Below are positions 49,731 to 63,888 of a stretch of DNA of 64,000 nucleotides, piece by piece (position 1 is the first letter of the stretch; the number at the start of each line of letters is the position of its first letter). This stretch comes from Schmidtea polychroa (lineage: Eukaryota): assembly GCA_044892525.1 (NCBI GenBank), contig CM097886.1:165342312-165406311 (forward strand), in the 5' to 3' direction. The notes below the pieces were generated by a model. It worked only from the letters and a program-made list of their open reading frames with translations, was not told the DNA's origin and did not search any database. The position numbers and the translations under genes are program-made.

Positions 49731-52700
49731 TTTTAAATTAAACTAGAAACGACTTTATTCAAACAAATAAATGATTTACGGTAATTTACTGAAATAATAT
49801 TTATTTTTTTTGTTCTTTAATTCTAATCAAATTATTACAAGAAAATGTATTATTTAAAAATATTATTTTTTTATATAAGTTAAATAAAACTCAAAAAATT
49901 ATAATATAAAGAATTTTTTCTATAAAATTTCATTCTGGTGTTTATTTTTAATAAGCTATAAATTCAATATTTGTTAATTAATCCGGAAATTTTGCTCTGT
50001 GATATTTTTGTCGATCGAACCTCACGCAAAAATTAAGTTGAATAGCTTGATTTTTATCACTACCGTTATTGATCCGTTTCCAAAAGATAGGGGCTTTAGA
50101 CAAAGGTGATTACCCCAAGGAGCTACCAATCATGCGACAACACTGATTCTAACTTTTTAATGAAATTTTATGTTATGTTTTACCTTTTTCACACGCACTT
50201 GTGTTGGTCAACATTAAGTACACATTTTGCCGTATACTCCAGATGAAACCAAGCATTTTGTATTTCATGACAACTCTTAACTGCAGATCACATTTTATTG
50301 TTGTTTGACTCAGTTATTATCAGAGCCTGTCTTTATAATACAACTCTAGAAAAATAATTTTTAATTAGAAGAGAAATAATAAAAAATTTCAAACAACAAT
50401 TATTCGGAATTTTTCTATAATTTTTATTATACGTTGATAGTTTTTCTTTCATAATATAAGAGTGTGGGTGCTGATTCAACAAGCACTTGCACTCATTAAG
50501 TAAAATCAGTGATTTTGTGACACTCACAAGCTGATTAGAAAAATACTCGGTAGAACGCTGTGCACACAACTCTTACCTGAGCTTAAATGGGTATTTTTAC
50601 CCGAACACAAAAAAACAGGAAAAAAACAAACACAACAAAACCAACAAACGACAACACTCTTTCAAAACAAACAAAAATAAAATTCTAGACAGCTCAAAAT
50701 ACAAATCAGCGAAAATAAAAACTACGGCAAACGATAACGAAAATTAATAACACAAAGGCAAAGAAAAAAGAACAAATGAAAAAACAGTAAAAAGAGATCC
50801 TGTTAAAACTATCAAGGAAAAGAAACATCAGAAACTAAACTAAATCAAGAAACAAAAAATCAACAAAGGAACTCTCGACCAAAAACCAGAAACTCTAAAC
50901 GAAAAGGAACAAATAAATTCAGAAAACCTCGCAAGAGGAACACAGCCACTGAATAACCAGTAACATGACAAACAATACGAGGGATTCACTGAATTACTAA
51001 TTTGCAGAACAATTCGAATAAACCAACAATAAGACTCCACTAGTATTTCAAATTTATGATAATCTTTCTATGAATTATAATTGTACCAACCACAGGCCAA
51101 TAAATGTTACTATTTTATTTGTTTTAATTCACAATATAAACTTTTATTTTTTAATAGGTCAAGGCTCTTTTGGTGTTAGAGTAGTACTACGGATATATCA
51201 TTTTGATGTTATTTTTTATAATAATTTAGATTATTGAGTAGAAAGGAGTTTTTCTTCGTTGATGTAGGAACTTCATCCCAGAGAACTAGCCGAGATATGT
51301 ACAATGAGGTCATGATATTTGGAAGCGGTAATTTGGACAAGTTTTGTTTAGAATTATTATTGTTTTATTTTATTTATTTTATTATTTTATTTTTATTTTA
51401 TTTAACATATTTAAATTAAAAAGTTATGTAATTATTAAAATATTTTCTCCTATTGAATGAGATTAAAATAATTAAAACTTTTTTAATATTCACAGAGAAT
51501 GAATTACCAAGCAGAAAAAGAAAACAAGAACGGAAATGATACCTGGACGTAGTATACCTACTCCTGGTGGGTTGGTGAAAGAGGTTCGAGTGAAGCCAGT
51601 AGGCAATACTCGAACTTTTTTCTTGACCTGTATCTCGCACATCCGGAATAAACAAAATTGATGTAGAGATCAAATAAATACGTGTAGGAAGACAAAAATA
51701 TTAGATTAGATGGTTTGGGAAGGGCGGATGAGTAGTTCAGTGAAACAAGTTTGAAAAAGAATCGAAGAAGTACCTCGTTGTGGAGTCGAATCATCAAGAA
51801 TGAATCGGCTGAGAAGTTCAGAGTAAAGTAGTACGAATTATAAGAACATTTAAATAACCCATAAAATATTATTGAGATTTACTAATAATTCATATAATAA
51901 TAATAATTTTTCAGACTAAAATTTGATAAATTTTCGTGTTTGCTTTGTTTAGTTATGATTGGGTAGGAAGGGGGGTCGAGCTGAGGAGCCGAATACGAAG
52001 TAACATTCAAATTTTAGGCAAATCGGCATCTCAAATCAGGAAATACAGATCTGAGAATATTCTTAAATTAAATTTTGTTTAATAAATTCTTATTTGTACC
52101 CCAATTTCATTTTTGTCAACTATTGTAGTTACACAAACGAGAATAAAATAATATAACGATAATAAGCTTGGTAGTATAATAACAACATAATGATAATAGA
52201 ATAATATATAGTATAATATAATAGCAATGACATAATAATAATAGACTAAAACCTTAGAATAAGCATAATAGGATAACAATAATAATAAAATAACAATAAC
52301 GAAATAGAAATAATAGAGTCACCACAGACGGTAGTTTGCTATTGAAGACTTTACATAAAAATTTCAATTTCAATTGCTATTATAAGTGGTAGTACGAATA
52401 CCACTGCATTAAGCATGCTGATTAAACCCAAAAAAATTTTCGTATAGTATGAATTAAATGGAAAAATTCTGTCAGGACGTGGCGCGATACATCTCAGAAA
52501 CGGCTCGTCATGCCGAAAGGTTAGAGTATCTGGTCTGTAAATGAAGAACGTTGGAAGCAACATGGTTCCGGCCGGAAAATGTTCGCAAGTTTCAACAACG
52601 AATTGAATATGTCGAAAATCTCGGGTCGAGGATCAGGGGGTCATTCGTGATTTCAAGATTACGATCCGAGAAGAAGCTCAAAAAATTATAGAACTGCGAA

Positions 52701-54381
52701 CGAAAGTGTACACCGATACGAGAGGGGGTTGAGTTCCTTCGTACTAGGAAACCGAACTATTTCCGGTCATTGCGGCATTGATCTTCAGGATTCCAGCAGT
52801 AGTCCCAGCTCACAAGAAGCCATGCAAACCAAGGCTGGGCAAATGCGAAAGGAAGAAGCGCAGGGAATTGAAAAAAGATCCAAATACTAAGAAATTATAA
52901 AATATTTATCAAAATACTTGTGCTGAAATTTTATCTATAATTGCGATTTTATTTGTAGCCAACTGCCTGCTGTATTTTATGATTTAAACATTTTTATTAT
53001 TATTGCGTTCAATTTCCATATTTTTCTTAATTAAAATAATTAATAATATTTGGAAGATCCGTTTAACTAAGAGGCGATCATATTAAAGTCAATAATTAAT
53101 AGATCTAAAGTCAAGTAAAATAATGTACCTATTTTTTGGTTAAGGCCAAAAAGAATTTTTAATCTTGGGAAAAGTTGAACTCAAAGATAAATCTGATTTA
53201 ATTTAAATTTAATATTGGTACACCGAAAAAATAATTGTGTAAAGGGAGCGACGACAATATATTATGTTAGAAAAATCACGGATAATTCGTAAGAAGACGT
53301 TTTTCTTAATCTCGCATTTTCAATTATTTGAAGTTTGTTTTTGCCGAAGTTCAAATTAGGGATTAAATAATTCAAGAATGGATGAAGTGAAATGAGAAAA
53401 TGGAGCACGATACTTTATACGATAGTCAATGAACTCAGAGTCTCGTCAGAGCATTCGTAGTCTTTGTGATTGGGCACACTTTTTGCTGACAGCCACCCGC
53501 TAAGGTGCAGTACCAACGTCGCTTACCAACGGTTAGCAGTAAAATAAAACGACTATATACGGTTGCCAGGGTGATGAAAAAATGGTGATATAAGTTTCTA
53601 AAAACGAAAGAAATTCCACACTCGTAACCCAAAATTAGAATAAATTTTGGACGATTTGCATTCTAATATCTATGATTTTGATTTTTAATACATTTGGACT
53701 CGTCACTCAGATTTTTAAATTTTAATTTCTCTCTTTAAAGTCTTAGACCAATACATAAATTTTGTGGACATTTTAATTAATAGAATTTTAGTGACAAAGA
53801 AATTCAGGAATCTCTAATTATTTTGGTTTAAACCAAGTCAGCTACTTTTATTTTCCTGACTATTGTGGGCACGAAAAGTTGTCAACTTAAAAAATGATAA
53901 TAACTCAATGATAACTCCATCTTATTTCCACCATTCTTATAATGTTCCGTTAGCAACTCCAATTTATTTCCTCCTATTCTGAAATTCTTTGATTCTATAA
54001 ATTTCAAATTCTCTGACTAAATTCATATTTCACCTAAAGATTCGACCCTCGAAATAGAATTCAAAGTCCCTATAATATTTTCCAGTTCAAGAGCACCTGA
54101 TATATCAACATTTATTACATTGAATTGAATTACCTCCAATAATGTTATCTAAAAATTTGAATAACCGGTTCGCTCAAACTGGTGTGAATCGGCCAAACTT
54201 CAACTGTGTAATTTCTGTCCCATGGATCGTCTCGTCATATGAAATAATAATCAACTAACTAGCGGTTTTTTATACAAAAAAAAAATTATTTAATTTTTTA
54301 TGATACTGTTGTCGGTGAAATGAAATATTATCAATTATTGATCTGAATTCAAAACGTGCCTTGTTTAATAACAATAACTAT

Positions 54382-55300
54382 CCATGAACGAGACTAGGAT
54401 TTTTCGAACCGAGAACGAGACGAGACGAGAAATTAAACAATTTTTAAAAACAAATTTATTAAAATCCAAGTTTAAAAAAAATACAATGTAAACATGGTTT
54501 TTTACAAACAGACACAAATGTAAAAAACTTTTTCAAATATTAATTCAGAATTTCTTTTTCCCAAACTTTCACAACAAGGCAATGTTTTCTCTGATTAAGA
54601 TGATATGTTCCACTTTTTCTGGGTGTAAGTTGTGTCTGGATGATCGGACGACATTTCCACCCGAGCTGAAAGCTTTCTCTGATTTAGTTGACCTTGCTGG
54701 AACGGCTAAATTTTGTCTAGCTAATGAAGAAAGTTCTGACAATGTATTTGAATGCAATTTCCACCAGTTAAGAATCGGAAAGTCTTTTTCAACATCAGCG
54801 AGATATTCATACTCGCACATTTCGCTCAGAATAGGATTCAATTCAGATGTTTGCTCTACTGTTTCACGTCTGACGTAATGAATTAGAAGACAAATCTGCT
54901 AAAAGAAATCTGAAAACGAGTTGGCACTCAACATTTTCCTTAACCTGTCAAACTAAGCATTCTTTTATTGTTTGAAATATTTTGAAGAGCTTCAAATGAA
55001 GTCCTTTAAAAGCAGGATTTAAGAAGTTTCCACTGTAACAAAGAGGAAATCTTATCTCAATGTAGAGTTTCAAAATATGATTGCTGCACAATTATTGGCC
55101 AAAGCGATTGGACAATTTGACTGCAAGTTTCATGTTTCTTGCCTAGTCGTTAACACAGTACATTGGCAAATCAGTAGGCAAATTTAGTTCTTCTAAGAAG
55201 CAATCCTGATTCCTTTCATTTAAGAGACCTGCCTGTCTGCCTGGAAACTGTTGAACATGCAGTGCCAGTTATATAGTCTCTAATTTTCGTTAATAGAATG
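54382..55300 (-). mobile_element. Degenerate hAT (ZBED1/Ac-like) element
   Basis: ORF 54569-54841 ILNWWK...LSSLARQNLAVPARSTKSEKAFSSGG is a hAT dimerisation domain. The end carries cgaga subterminal repeats. Confidence 0.8.
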
Positions 55301-56979
55301 AAAAGTCCAAGATGTGAAGCTGTCCTAAGCTCTATAAGTCAAAAGGTCAGAATAAATGCTCCACTTTTTAGATTTGGCGTAATTTCCGTTATTATGTTCT
55401 GCATTTCAGCTTGAACTTCTCTTGGCCGAATTGAAAGCTTTCTTTTTGTCAATAACACACTTTATTACCAATTTACAGCGGCACAAAGAATCTTTTGTTA
55501 CAATGACAAATTGAGTGCTTATTACAACCCTTCGAGATGAATAGGACGTTTACAATATAAATCATAACCACTTCACTACTGTTTCTGGTTTCAATGGTCG
55601 GTAGATTTGATCTAATTGCTTTCTTAGGTTTGACTTGAATTTATTCGATAGCTTGAGTTTTGTTTTAATTTTGTTTCATCTTTTCTTTATAACTTTTGTT
55701 TACTTTATACTTTACAAATTCTGTATCCTTTAGAAATTCTGTCTCCAAATATTTATGTTCTCTAACAAATTCTGTTTTCATTCAAGTTTTATTTCCTTTC
55801 ATAGTCTTTCAACTATGATATCGATTTTCGTTTAGTTTTTTCCTTCTCGTTCATTCCTTTTGGTCATCTTTAATTCATTTATTATCCTTGACAACTGTCG
55901 AGATATGTTATTCAGAGGACGCCATCTCAGGGCTTTCTCGGTAATCTCCTTTTTTATCTCGAACAGCCTAATGAGATATCCTTTCTTTTATTTTGTACCT
56001 TTTAATTAAAAATGACCTTGCTAAATTTTATTATTTTATTGATCGATTTTTGCCAATTCTTTGCCATTTTTCTTTTGGTTTCTCATTTCCTACTTTTGAG
56101 GATTGCCGAGCAACACACCTTTTATTTTATATATTGACCTCCCCCCCCCCCCAATCCTAATCATTTTCTCTAATTTAACAATAACTATTCAATTTTTATT
56201 ATTTAGCTATCCTCAACAATAGTACTGTTACAAATCTCCCCATAATGGGTACTATTCGCACACAAATACATATTTCAAACAACAAATAATATTAACAACC
56301 GGTTTTCCTGAAACGGTGAAAAACGTCCGAATTTTAAAATTGATTTTCTCCTGATTTTGTTTCTTTTTTTTCAACATCACTACAACCAAACGATCTATAC
56401 AATTCTGAATGAGATCTCTTGTACTTAGCCTCCTCTTGTATCATATTCAATTGTATATATTTTAAAATATATTTTTCATTTTATTAGTTGTAAATTTCTA
56501 TTAAATTTTATTACTAATTCAATTCGAAAACAACTAAAATTATTTGTAAAATCTTTTCCATTTTTCACCTTTGATTTATTTTCATTTTCAATTATATCGA
56601 TTAAACAGAAATATTGATTTTTTTAGTCTGAAATAAACACGAAGGAAATTTAGAAAAGAATAATTGCAAATTTTAAATTATTTTTATTATCGATAAAAAT
56701 AATATTAATTACTAATAGCTAATTGGTGATGAACCATAAAAAATTAACTCAAATAAATATTAATTTGAAATTATTGACAAATTTTTTGTAACTTTGATTG
56801 GTTGATCAACATAGAAATGGAAAGAAAAAATACGAAGGAAAGAGATTAATAGAATGACAATTATATTTCTCGAGATTTTTGCTGTTCGTTCTCTCTACTG
56901 ATCAATCAATATCATTCATTGTAAAACAAAAGTAAATTTCATTTTTATATTTACCGAATTGCACATCAACTGAACCAAT

Positions 56980-57591
56980 ATGACAGACAATAAAACTCAA
57001 AAATCGGATCCCGAATCGATCGAGGAAGACCATTTTAATTCTCAAACGATTAGCATAAGAGTTCAAAAGAAATTAGCCAGCAAATTACCGACAAAAAAAC
57101 TTGTAAAGTTCTTCATCGATGAAACATCAGCCCGGGTTTTCAACAATCTCAATTTGCTTCTCCGAGCATTTTGCGGCTCGAAAAAAGAAGCAAACAAATT
57201 GATGAAAACTGTCGTGAAAATCAACGCCAAACTCGCAATCCTATTCATTAATGGAGTTTTATCGAACAGTGACATAGAAATATTGGCAAAATCCCGAAAT
57301 GCGTTCGCTAAAGTCGCTCAAATCTGCTTGAATATCCATAGGAAAAAGTATCGGGAAACGGTTAATTTGGATTCACTGATCGAACAATTCGGACAGTGCC
57401 ACAGTTCAATAATGGTGATTGCAAAAAATTATCTAACCGAAAAATCCCAACAGAAAATCACAACGTGCACGAATTTTTTTAGCGATAAAGAATTTCTAAT
57501 AACAGTTTTCAGTAACCAAGAACCGTACAATGGTTTCATGGATAAGATTTGCGAAGATATTCAAGAATTAATAGATCGAGGAATGTTGTAA
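56980..57591 (+). CDS. TNFAIP8: TNF-alpha-induced protein 8 (TIPE/DUF758) family protein, 203 aa
   Basis: FNSQTISIRVQKKLASK...FIDETSARVFNNL...SKKEANKLMKTVVKINAKLAILF matches the TIPE consensus FNSKNLAVQAQKKILGK...IDDTSSEVLDEL...NKKEAEKIIKNLIKTVIKLAILY. Single coding exon. Confidence 0.93.
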   Translation: MTDNKTQKSDPESIEEDHFNSQTISIRVQKKLASKLPTKKLVKFFIDETSARVFNNLNLLLRAFCGSKKEANKLMKTVVKINAKLAILFINGVLSNSDIEILAKSRNAFAKVAQICLNIHRKKYRETVNLDSLIEQFGQCHSSIMVIAKNYLTEKSQQKITTCTNFFSDKEFLITVFSNQEPYNGFMDKICEDIQELIDRGML

Positions 57592-58957
57592 ACACAATTC
57601 TGTTACAAATAATTTATTTTTACTTTCTTTGAGGAAAAATATTGGTGATTTTGTGAAAAACTATCGTCGAGGTTAGAGATGATCATTTAGTGAATATGCT
57701 TGCACTTCATATTGTTTGATCTAGATCATTATTTTCGCATTAGTTTATGTATTTAATTTTTCTAAACTATTTTCCCCATTACCTTTTATCATTCATTTGT
57801 TAAAACTTATCGATTAGATTCAAACAAAGTTGATTTCGAATAAAAAATATATAATTTATTGTGTTAATTGATTTTGTTATTGAAAAAAATTCCATAAAAT
57901 TGGATTAATTTATTTATTGATATAAGTTTTAGTGCCGTAAATATGAATTTTGTTAGAGAATAAATAAATCGAAAATATTTTGACCAGATTGATCAGGGTC
58001 GGATGTGTTTATTTTAAAAAGTTTATTGAAATAAATTTAATTTAATCGTTATAGTTGTTTGATTTATATTCGTTTAGAGTAGTGTTGCGCAAAGTATGGC
58101 ACTCGTAAGCCTTTTATTTGGCATCTTTAAACTTCCTTATTTAAAGTTTTCGAAAAAATTACCCTAACCTTGAAATCAATAATTATTGTTTATTATTAAT
58201 CTACAATCGAAAGAGTTTAAAAAACAAAAAGAAATTAAATATGCATAAAAAATCTATATGGAATTTTTATCTTTAATACTAAAATGTTGTATAATATATA
58301 TTTATTTACTGTTGATGTTGCAACCATTCCTGTTTTTAACAATGTTTTGTTTCAGCCATTTTAAAAAATTATATAAGGTAAGCAAATTTTCAAAAAAGGT
58401 AGGAAGTTCTCTTATTGATTTCATTTTTTATCTATAATCATTTCAACAAAAAAATAGTTGTCAAAGAAGCAGAGATTGGACAATAGCAGTTCGTTTCTTT
58501 CAAAGTAACTGGAGAAAAAAGATTATTTGAATTTTTTAAATTGGCAATATTTATTTAAATTTTTTTTTGGCACGTGTTGAAAATATTGTGAGCATCACTG
58601 GTTTAGAGAACCACTATTGAATAGCACTGGACTAATTATGATGACTTTCTTTTTATTTTGGATTGCTTTATATATATAATGTTTTTTGAAATATTTTACA
58701 TGCAAAATTATTGTTTTGCAATAAGAAAATTAATCAAAAATTTTTTAACGATTTTTGGAAGTTTTCAAAACTAAATTACTAATTTCTAAACCAATTAAAA
58801 ATATGAAGAATTCAGTATTTATTTACAAATAATATACACTTTCAAAGTTACTGCATCAAAAATTAAAAGTCCATTAAAAAAGAATATTGATATTAAATAT
58901 AAAGTATGTACAATATACAAATTATAAGGATTTATAATTAATAAAAATTACACTAAT

Positions 58958-59120
58958 TAATAATAATCAATAATAAATATAAATAATAATCAATATTATA
59001 AATAATCAATATTATAAATAAATATAAATAATAATCAATAACGATAATAATAAATAATAATAATCAATAATAATATTAATAATAATCAATAATAATAAAT
59101 AATAATCAATAATAATAATA

Positions 59121-59167
<47 letters not shown>
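58958..59167. repeat. (AAT)n / aataatcaat microsatellite between the convergent TIPE and RTK 3' ends
   Basis: Directly visible imperfect trinucleotide repeat. Confidence 0.92.
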
Positions 59168-59168
<1 letters not shown>

Positions 59169-59377
59169 TACAAACTGCATAACAAATCCACCAATCAAAA
59201 TCAAAGAAAGCACCAATCAATCAAACTCTCATTTAGAAAATCGAAACAATTTCCACGACAAAAAAGTGCAAAGTAAATCAGAACTCAGAATTATATTTAT
59301 TGTGTCATGCGAGGAGATTTTTTCTGTTTAAAATTTAAACAAAATTTTCCCGAGAGAAAAGTGACAAAACCAACCAA

Positions 59378-62300
59378 TCAAACGACAGTTGTGTTGTAAC
59401 ATTGATCGACAGCAGTCGAATGATCGCAAATCAATGGATCTGTATGATTGTGAGATTGTTTGTTGTCGAGAGTGGTGCAATCGGTTTCCGAACAGCCAGT
59501 GTCAGTGCTCAGATCTAAGGAGCAGCTGTGATTGGTCAGAAATTTGGCTATCGATTGATCTTTGTTGTCATTGCTGTTGTCATTTGACTGGTCGATCTTG
59601 TCGGTTGCTGTGAGATAATTCGAAGATAATTTTGCAGCAGTTAGAGCATTTGAAGAATGATTTAATACATTTTCAACAGCTGCGGTGTTGGTTAAGGAGC
59701 TCTCGGCAGTTTTGTACGTCACATAGCCCAGATCGACTTCCAGATCACCGTTTTGATTGGTGGAGTTATTTTCCAGCGAATAATCAGCGTCTGGATTTGC
59801 CAGATGAATATATTCCACTGATTGCGACCTGAAATATCATAGAGTAGTTTATTATTGAAAAATGATGGAATTTATTTCATCTACTTGACATTATTCGGTC
59901 GATCTAAATTCTGAATTGGAGATTTCGGTAATTCTGAGGTATTTAAGGCGACAAATGCATTGTAAAATGCATCATTCGATGTGTATTGTGAAATTAAAGG
60001 AGGATTTTTAGTATCAGGTGTACTGAAATGTTTGTCGGAAAATAAAGACGGGTCTTTCGTAATTTTCAATGACATTTTCTTGTGAGAGGAATTACTGGGT
60101 TCGGACATCAATATATTTGAGTGATATGACTAAGAAAGAAGAAAAGAAAGGATAATTATAATAAAGACACCAAAAATGAATACCATTCCGGAATTCATTA
60201 AATTTGGCGATTGATCTGATAATAATGGCATCACACACTCTCGATCTTCATCAAAAATATTGATTATTTCTTGCATTGATCTAAATCTGTCCGATGGATT
60301 ATAATTGCAACATTTGGAGATGATGGAATATCTAGAAAAATTTTGAAATATCTTTAATATTTCCAACGTTCCTTAGAATACATATATCATGAGGAATCCA
60401 ATGAAAGTTCCAAAATTCTTTTTAGATTATGGTGAATTTATTACAATAACTATTTATGTAAAATTTATAGAAAGAGTCACTCAAACATATGTTTTACGAT
60501 ATATTTCGAAAATATCATTGTTATCATCAGGTAGGATAGAAAAAAACAAATTTAATTATTCCTTAAAATTTTTTAAAATTATATTTAATCCGTACCCAAA
60601 ATAATTTTAATATTAATCAATAAATTATTTAGCTTATCAATTTAACCGTTCAATACATTTAAAAACAACAATAACCAAATCGAACTCAATTTAACAACTA
60701 AAAATATATAAAATACAAATGTTCAGCATTTTGTACGTTAGTAAATTTTTAGATCTAAAATTCTTATCAACAACGCTTTACATATCACATGTTCCCAATT
60801 ACTAATAAAAATTTACTCATACAGTCCTTATTCTGGTCAATTCTTTCGGTCGACGATATAGAAGAAATCAAGTACAAACATGACAGGAAGTTTCTCCAAT
60901 GTATGTGGCATTACACTTATTACATGTAAATTGATAGTTGAAATCCAAACAAAATCCAATCGGGGTTTGAGACTTATTAATAAACATATTGCTTACTTAA
61001 CACGAATTAGAGAGAATTGGAAAATTTACTAGTCGAACTATTATCAAATACGGATCTTAGCATTATTTATACATTTCATCACCATTAAAATAAACGATTC
61101 TTGATCAATAACTGAGTAAATTTATCAACACATTTTACTAAATTTGCAAAATGCGAATATATAAAGACCACGAACAATAAATCAATCCTTTCACAATACT
61201 TATTTTAGTAATTAAATTCACAAAAACTTCCAAGGGTATAAATGTTTATTATAAATCTATAAAATTTTTATATTGATTATTGTATTTTCGATACATAATT
61301 GCATTAATTTTAAAATTACAAATGCTTCAGTTGTTATAACTTTTGAAAAGCAATAAGATATTGAATTTTGTTATCAAATTAAACAAATTGTTTTATGATG
61401 GAAGAGGATAATTAATTTAATTGCTTTTAAAATATTATAATAGCTGCAGTTAAATTTGTATTAAAATGCTGTTCATAGACAATTTGCGGAACTTTTAATA
61501 GGCTTCAAAACAAAGTTGCTTTTCAATAAAAAATTAAAGTCACATTCAAAATCATTTTAACATTATTTTAACATCGATCTTCATTCATTGGACAAAAGAA
61601 ATTTTAAGCAAAACTTTTCAATTCAATTGAACTACCAACAGTCTGAGATACAGCATTGAATGAGATATCAACAGAAAGTCATTTATCAAAATTCATTTTT
61701 TCAAATTTTGAAACAAAAGAACTATAATCCAAATATTGAAACCATAACGCTCACTAATCACACAATAGCTTCAAAACAAAAGCGTTAGGGTAATATTTAA
61801 CACCGTTTTAATTATGTGCTAATCAATAGAGAATTCGATTTATACTGAATTTCAAAATGATCCAAATAATAAGTCTATCAAAATATTTTGCACATGTTTA
61901 AATTATTACTGAACATGATATTTTTCAATATACGGAATATTATTTTATTATTTAGAATAAAGTAACATTTTCAAAATGAATAATTAGTTATATTGAATGA
62001 ATAATGTATCATTCGATACAAAAAAAATAAATTTCAAAATAATATTGAAATAAAAATGTTACATTTATAATATTCATTAAAATAATAATAAAAAAAATAA
62101 ATACAAAATTTACAAATGCCATTTAATAGAACAAACTTTTTTAGTAAATAAAGTGATTGTAATTAAACACAAAAATGTGCAAACTATACAAATAAGGATC
62201 CTATTGAGAAATTAATCATTTCACATACTACTTACATTCGAGTTTTCTGAAATTCCTCGGGCAAAAAATTCGTCACGGTAAAATGGCCTCGTTTGACTTT

Positions 62301-62455
62301 ATCTACAACTTCTTCATGCTCAAAACCACCAAATGGAAAAACTCCAAAGGTAACTATTTCAAATAAAGTTACCCCGAAAGACCAAACATCAGTAGCAACT
62401 GAATAAATACCGAATTGAAGAGATTCCGGAGGGAGCCATCTAATAGGCATTGCAC
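59378..62455 (-). CDS. Receptor tyrosine kinase, 3' exons only (insulin-receptor superfamily, most like venus kinase receptors)
   Basis: Exons 62455-62236, 60331-60184, 60129-59885, 59828-59378 with phase-compatible GT-AG introns of 1904, 54 and 56 nt. Kinase subdomains VIII-XI read PIRWLPPES...DVWSFGVTLFEIVTFGVFPF...IISKCCNYNPSDR. Upstream exons were not found in the window. Confidence 0.9.
60850..60960 (-). pseudogene. Penelope-like GIY-YIG endonuclease relic in the RTK intron
   Basis: Minus strand reads TCNKCNATYIGETSCHVCT (CxxC...YIGETxR motif). Confidence 0.5.
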
Positions 62456-63543
62456 CTGAATAATGGATCGCTCGTAAAATACGGTCATACGAGATACATA
62501 GTCAAATTATGCAACAAGAGAGGATTTGAAAAATGATAATTCATTCAATTGTTTTCACGACATTTTTATAGTATGATAAAAATACGTAGGTTCCTATGAA
62601 AATTTTATTACAATGCATATTTTCATAAATTCAGGAACAAGTGCATGCATGTTTTATTTGAGTACAATCTACTAAAAGCAGTTTATTCATTTTTAGTAGT
62701 CCAAAAGAGATTATTTGTCCTCTCTTACATACTAAGAGAAAATCCACATTGTTATTGACTATAAATTTGAACTTAATTTATCAGTAAGATTGTTTAGAAA
62801 TAAAGCATGTGATGGAGAATGATTGTCCATGTCACATAGAAACTTTAGTGTTGATGATGTTTGAAAAAACATTCTGAAACGGTATACATGTATGCACAAA
62901 CACCGATACAAAGTCTTATTCCTTACATATTTCAGAATTTTGTTTCACAATTTAATCAATTATGATGTTATGCACAACGGATATTGAAATTGTTGAAATT
63001 CCTGTTCTACATTTCATAGCGCATCAAAGTTATCAATGAATTAGTATTGAATTGAATATGTCAATGTCTAAATCTCGATTTGACCTTGAACAAGAAAATC
63101 ACGGTCTTAACAAAAAAGGCAAATATGATAGTAAACATTCTTTTGTTGATCGATGTATGGAACTTGTTAGTATTTTGTCAGTATACCACATAAACTATGT
63201 AAAGTAATCTTAATTTGGATCATATAATTAGTCGAGCACCCATATATAAGTCAAGATTAATTGAAGCCTATAACACTGTCATTATTTTCTGAACGGGTGG
63301 GGCGATAAATTTGCATTAAATTAGTTTCAGTAACGAATTACAATTTGTTGTGGGTTCCACTGAATTTACATTTAGACTTCATAAAATCAAAATAGAGACA
63401 GAATATATTTTGAGAACATTCAATTCTTTTTACTACTGAAAGCAAGTACCAATTCATGATGGATTAAACATACAAGGTTATTAAGTGAATGGGAAAAGGT
63501 GCTATTTATTATTCCAATAATCATAAAATTCGTTTCTCTAAAT

Positions 63544-63888
63544 CAGTGGTTCTCAATTAATATAAAAGCGCGGAACACCATTCACATGATTTTTTTACAC
63601 GGAACACTGACAACAAAATTCTTGCACAATGAGTGACCAATCACAAATTACTATAAATCTGTCGTAAACGTAAACAATGCCTTATTATAAGCAAAGAAAA
63701 TACCACGCGCAACAATAACAAGCAATAAAAACACTTTTATATTTGTATGTTTATATATCTGTGTAACGGTTTTCTTATTGAATCATCTTATAAAAAAATT
63801 AATTGAGGTTTTTGATGATATGTATCTTAAATGCAAATTTAAAGTTAAAATGTCATTTTTTTCGCGGAACACGGGTTGAGAACCACTG
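63544..63888. mobile_element. hAT Charlie-type MITE, 345 bp
   Basis: TIRs cagtggttctcaa / ttgagaaccactg, a perfect 8-bp TSD ctctaaat (63536-43, 63889-96), and ggaacac subterminal repeats. Confidence 0.93.

Noticed and set aside
50450-52900. LINE 5' region and Gypsy integrase fragments
   Set aside because: Only weak resemblance and strand bias; no intact motif set, LTRs or TSDs could be defined.
59012-59194. Poly-Ile 60-aa ORF
   Set aside because: Translation of the (AAT)n microsatellite.
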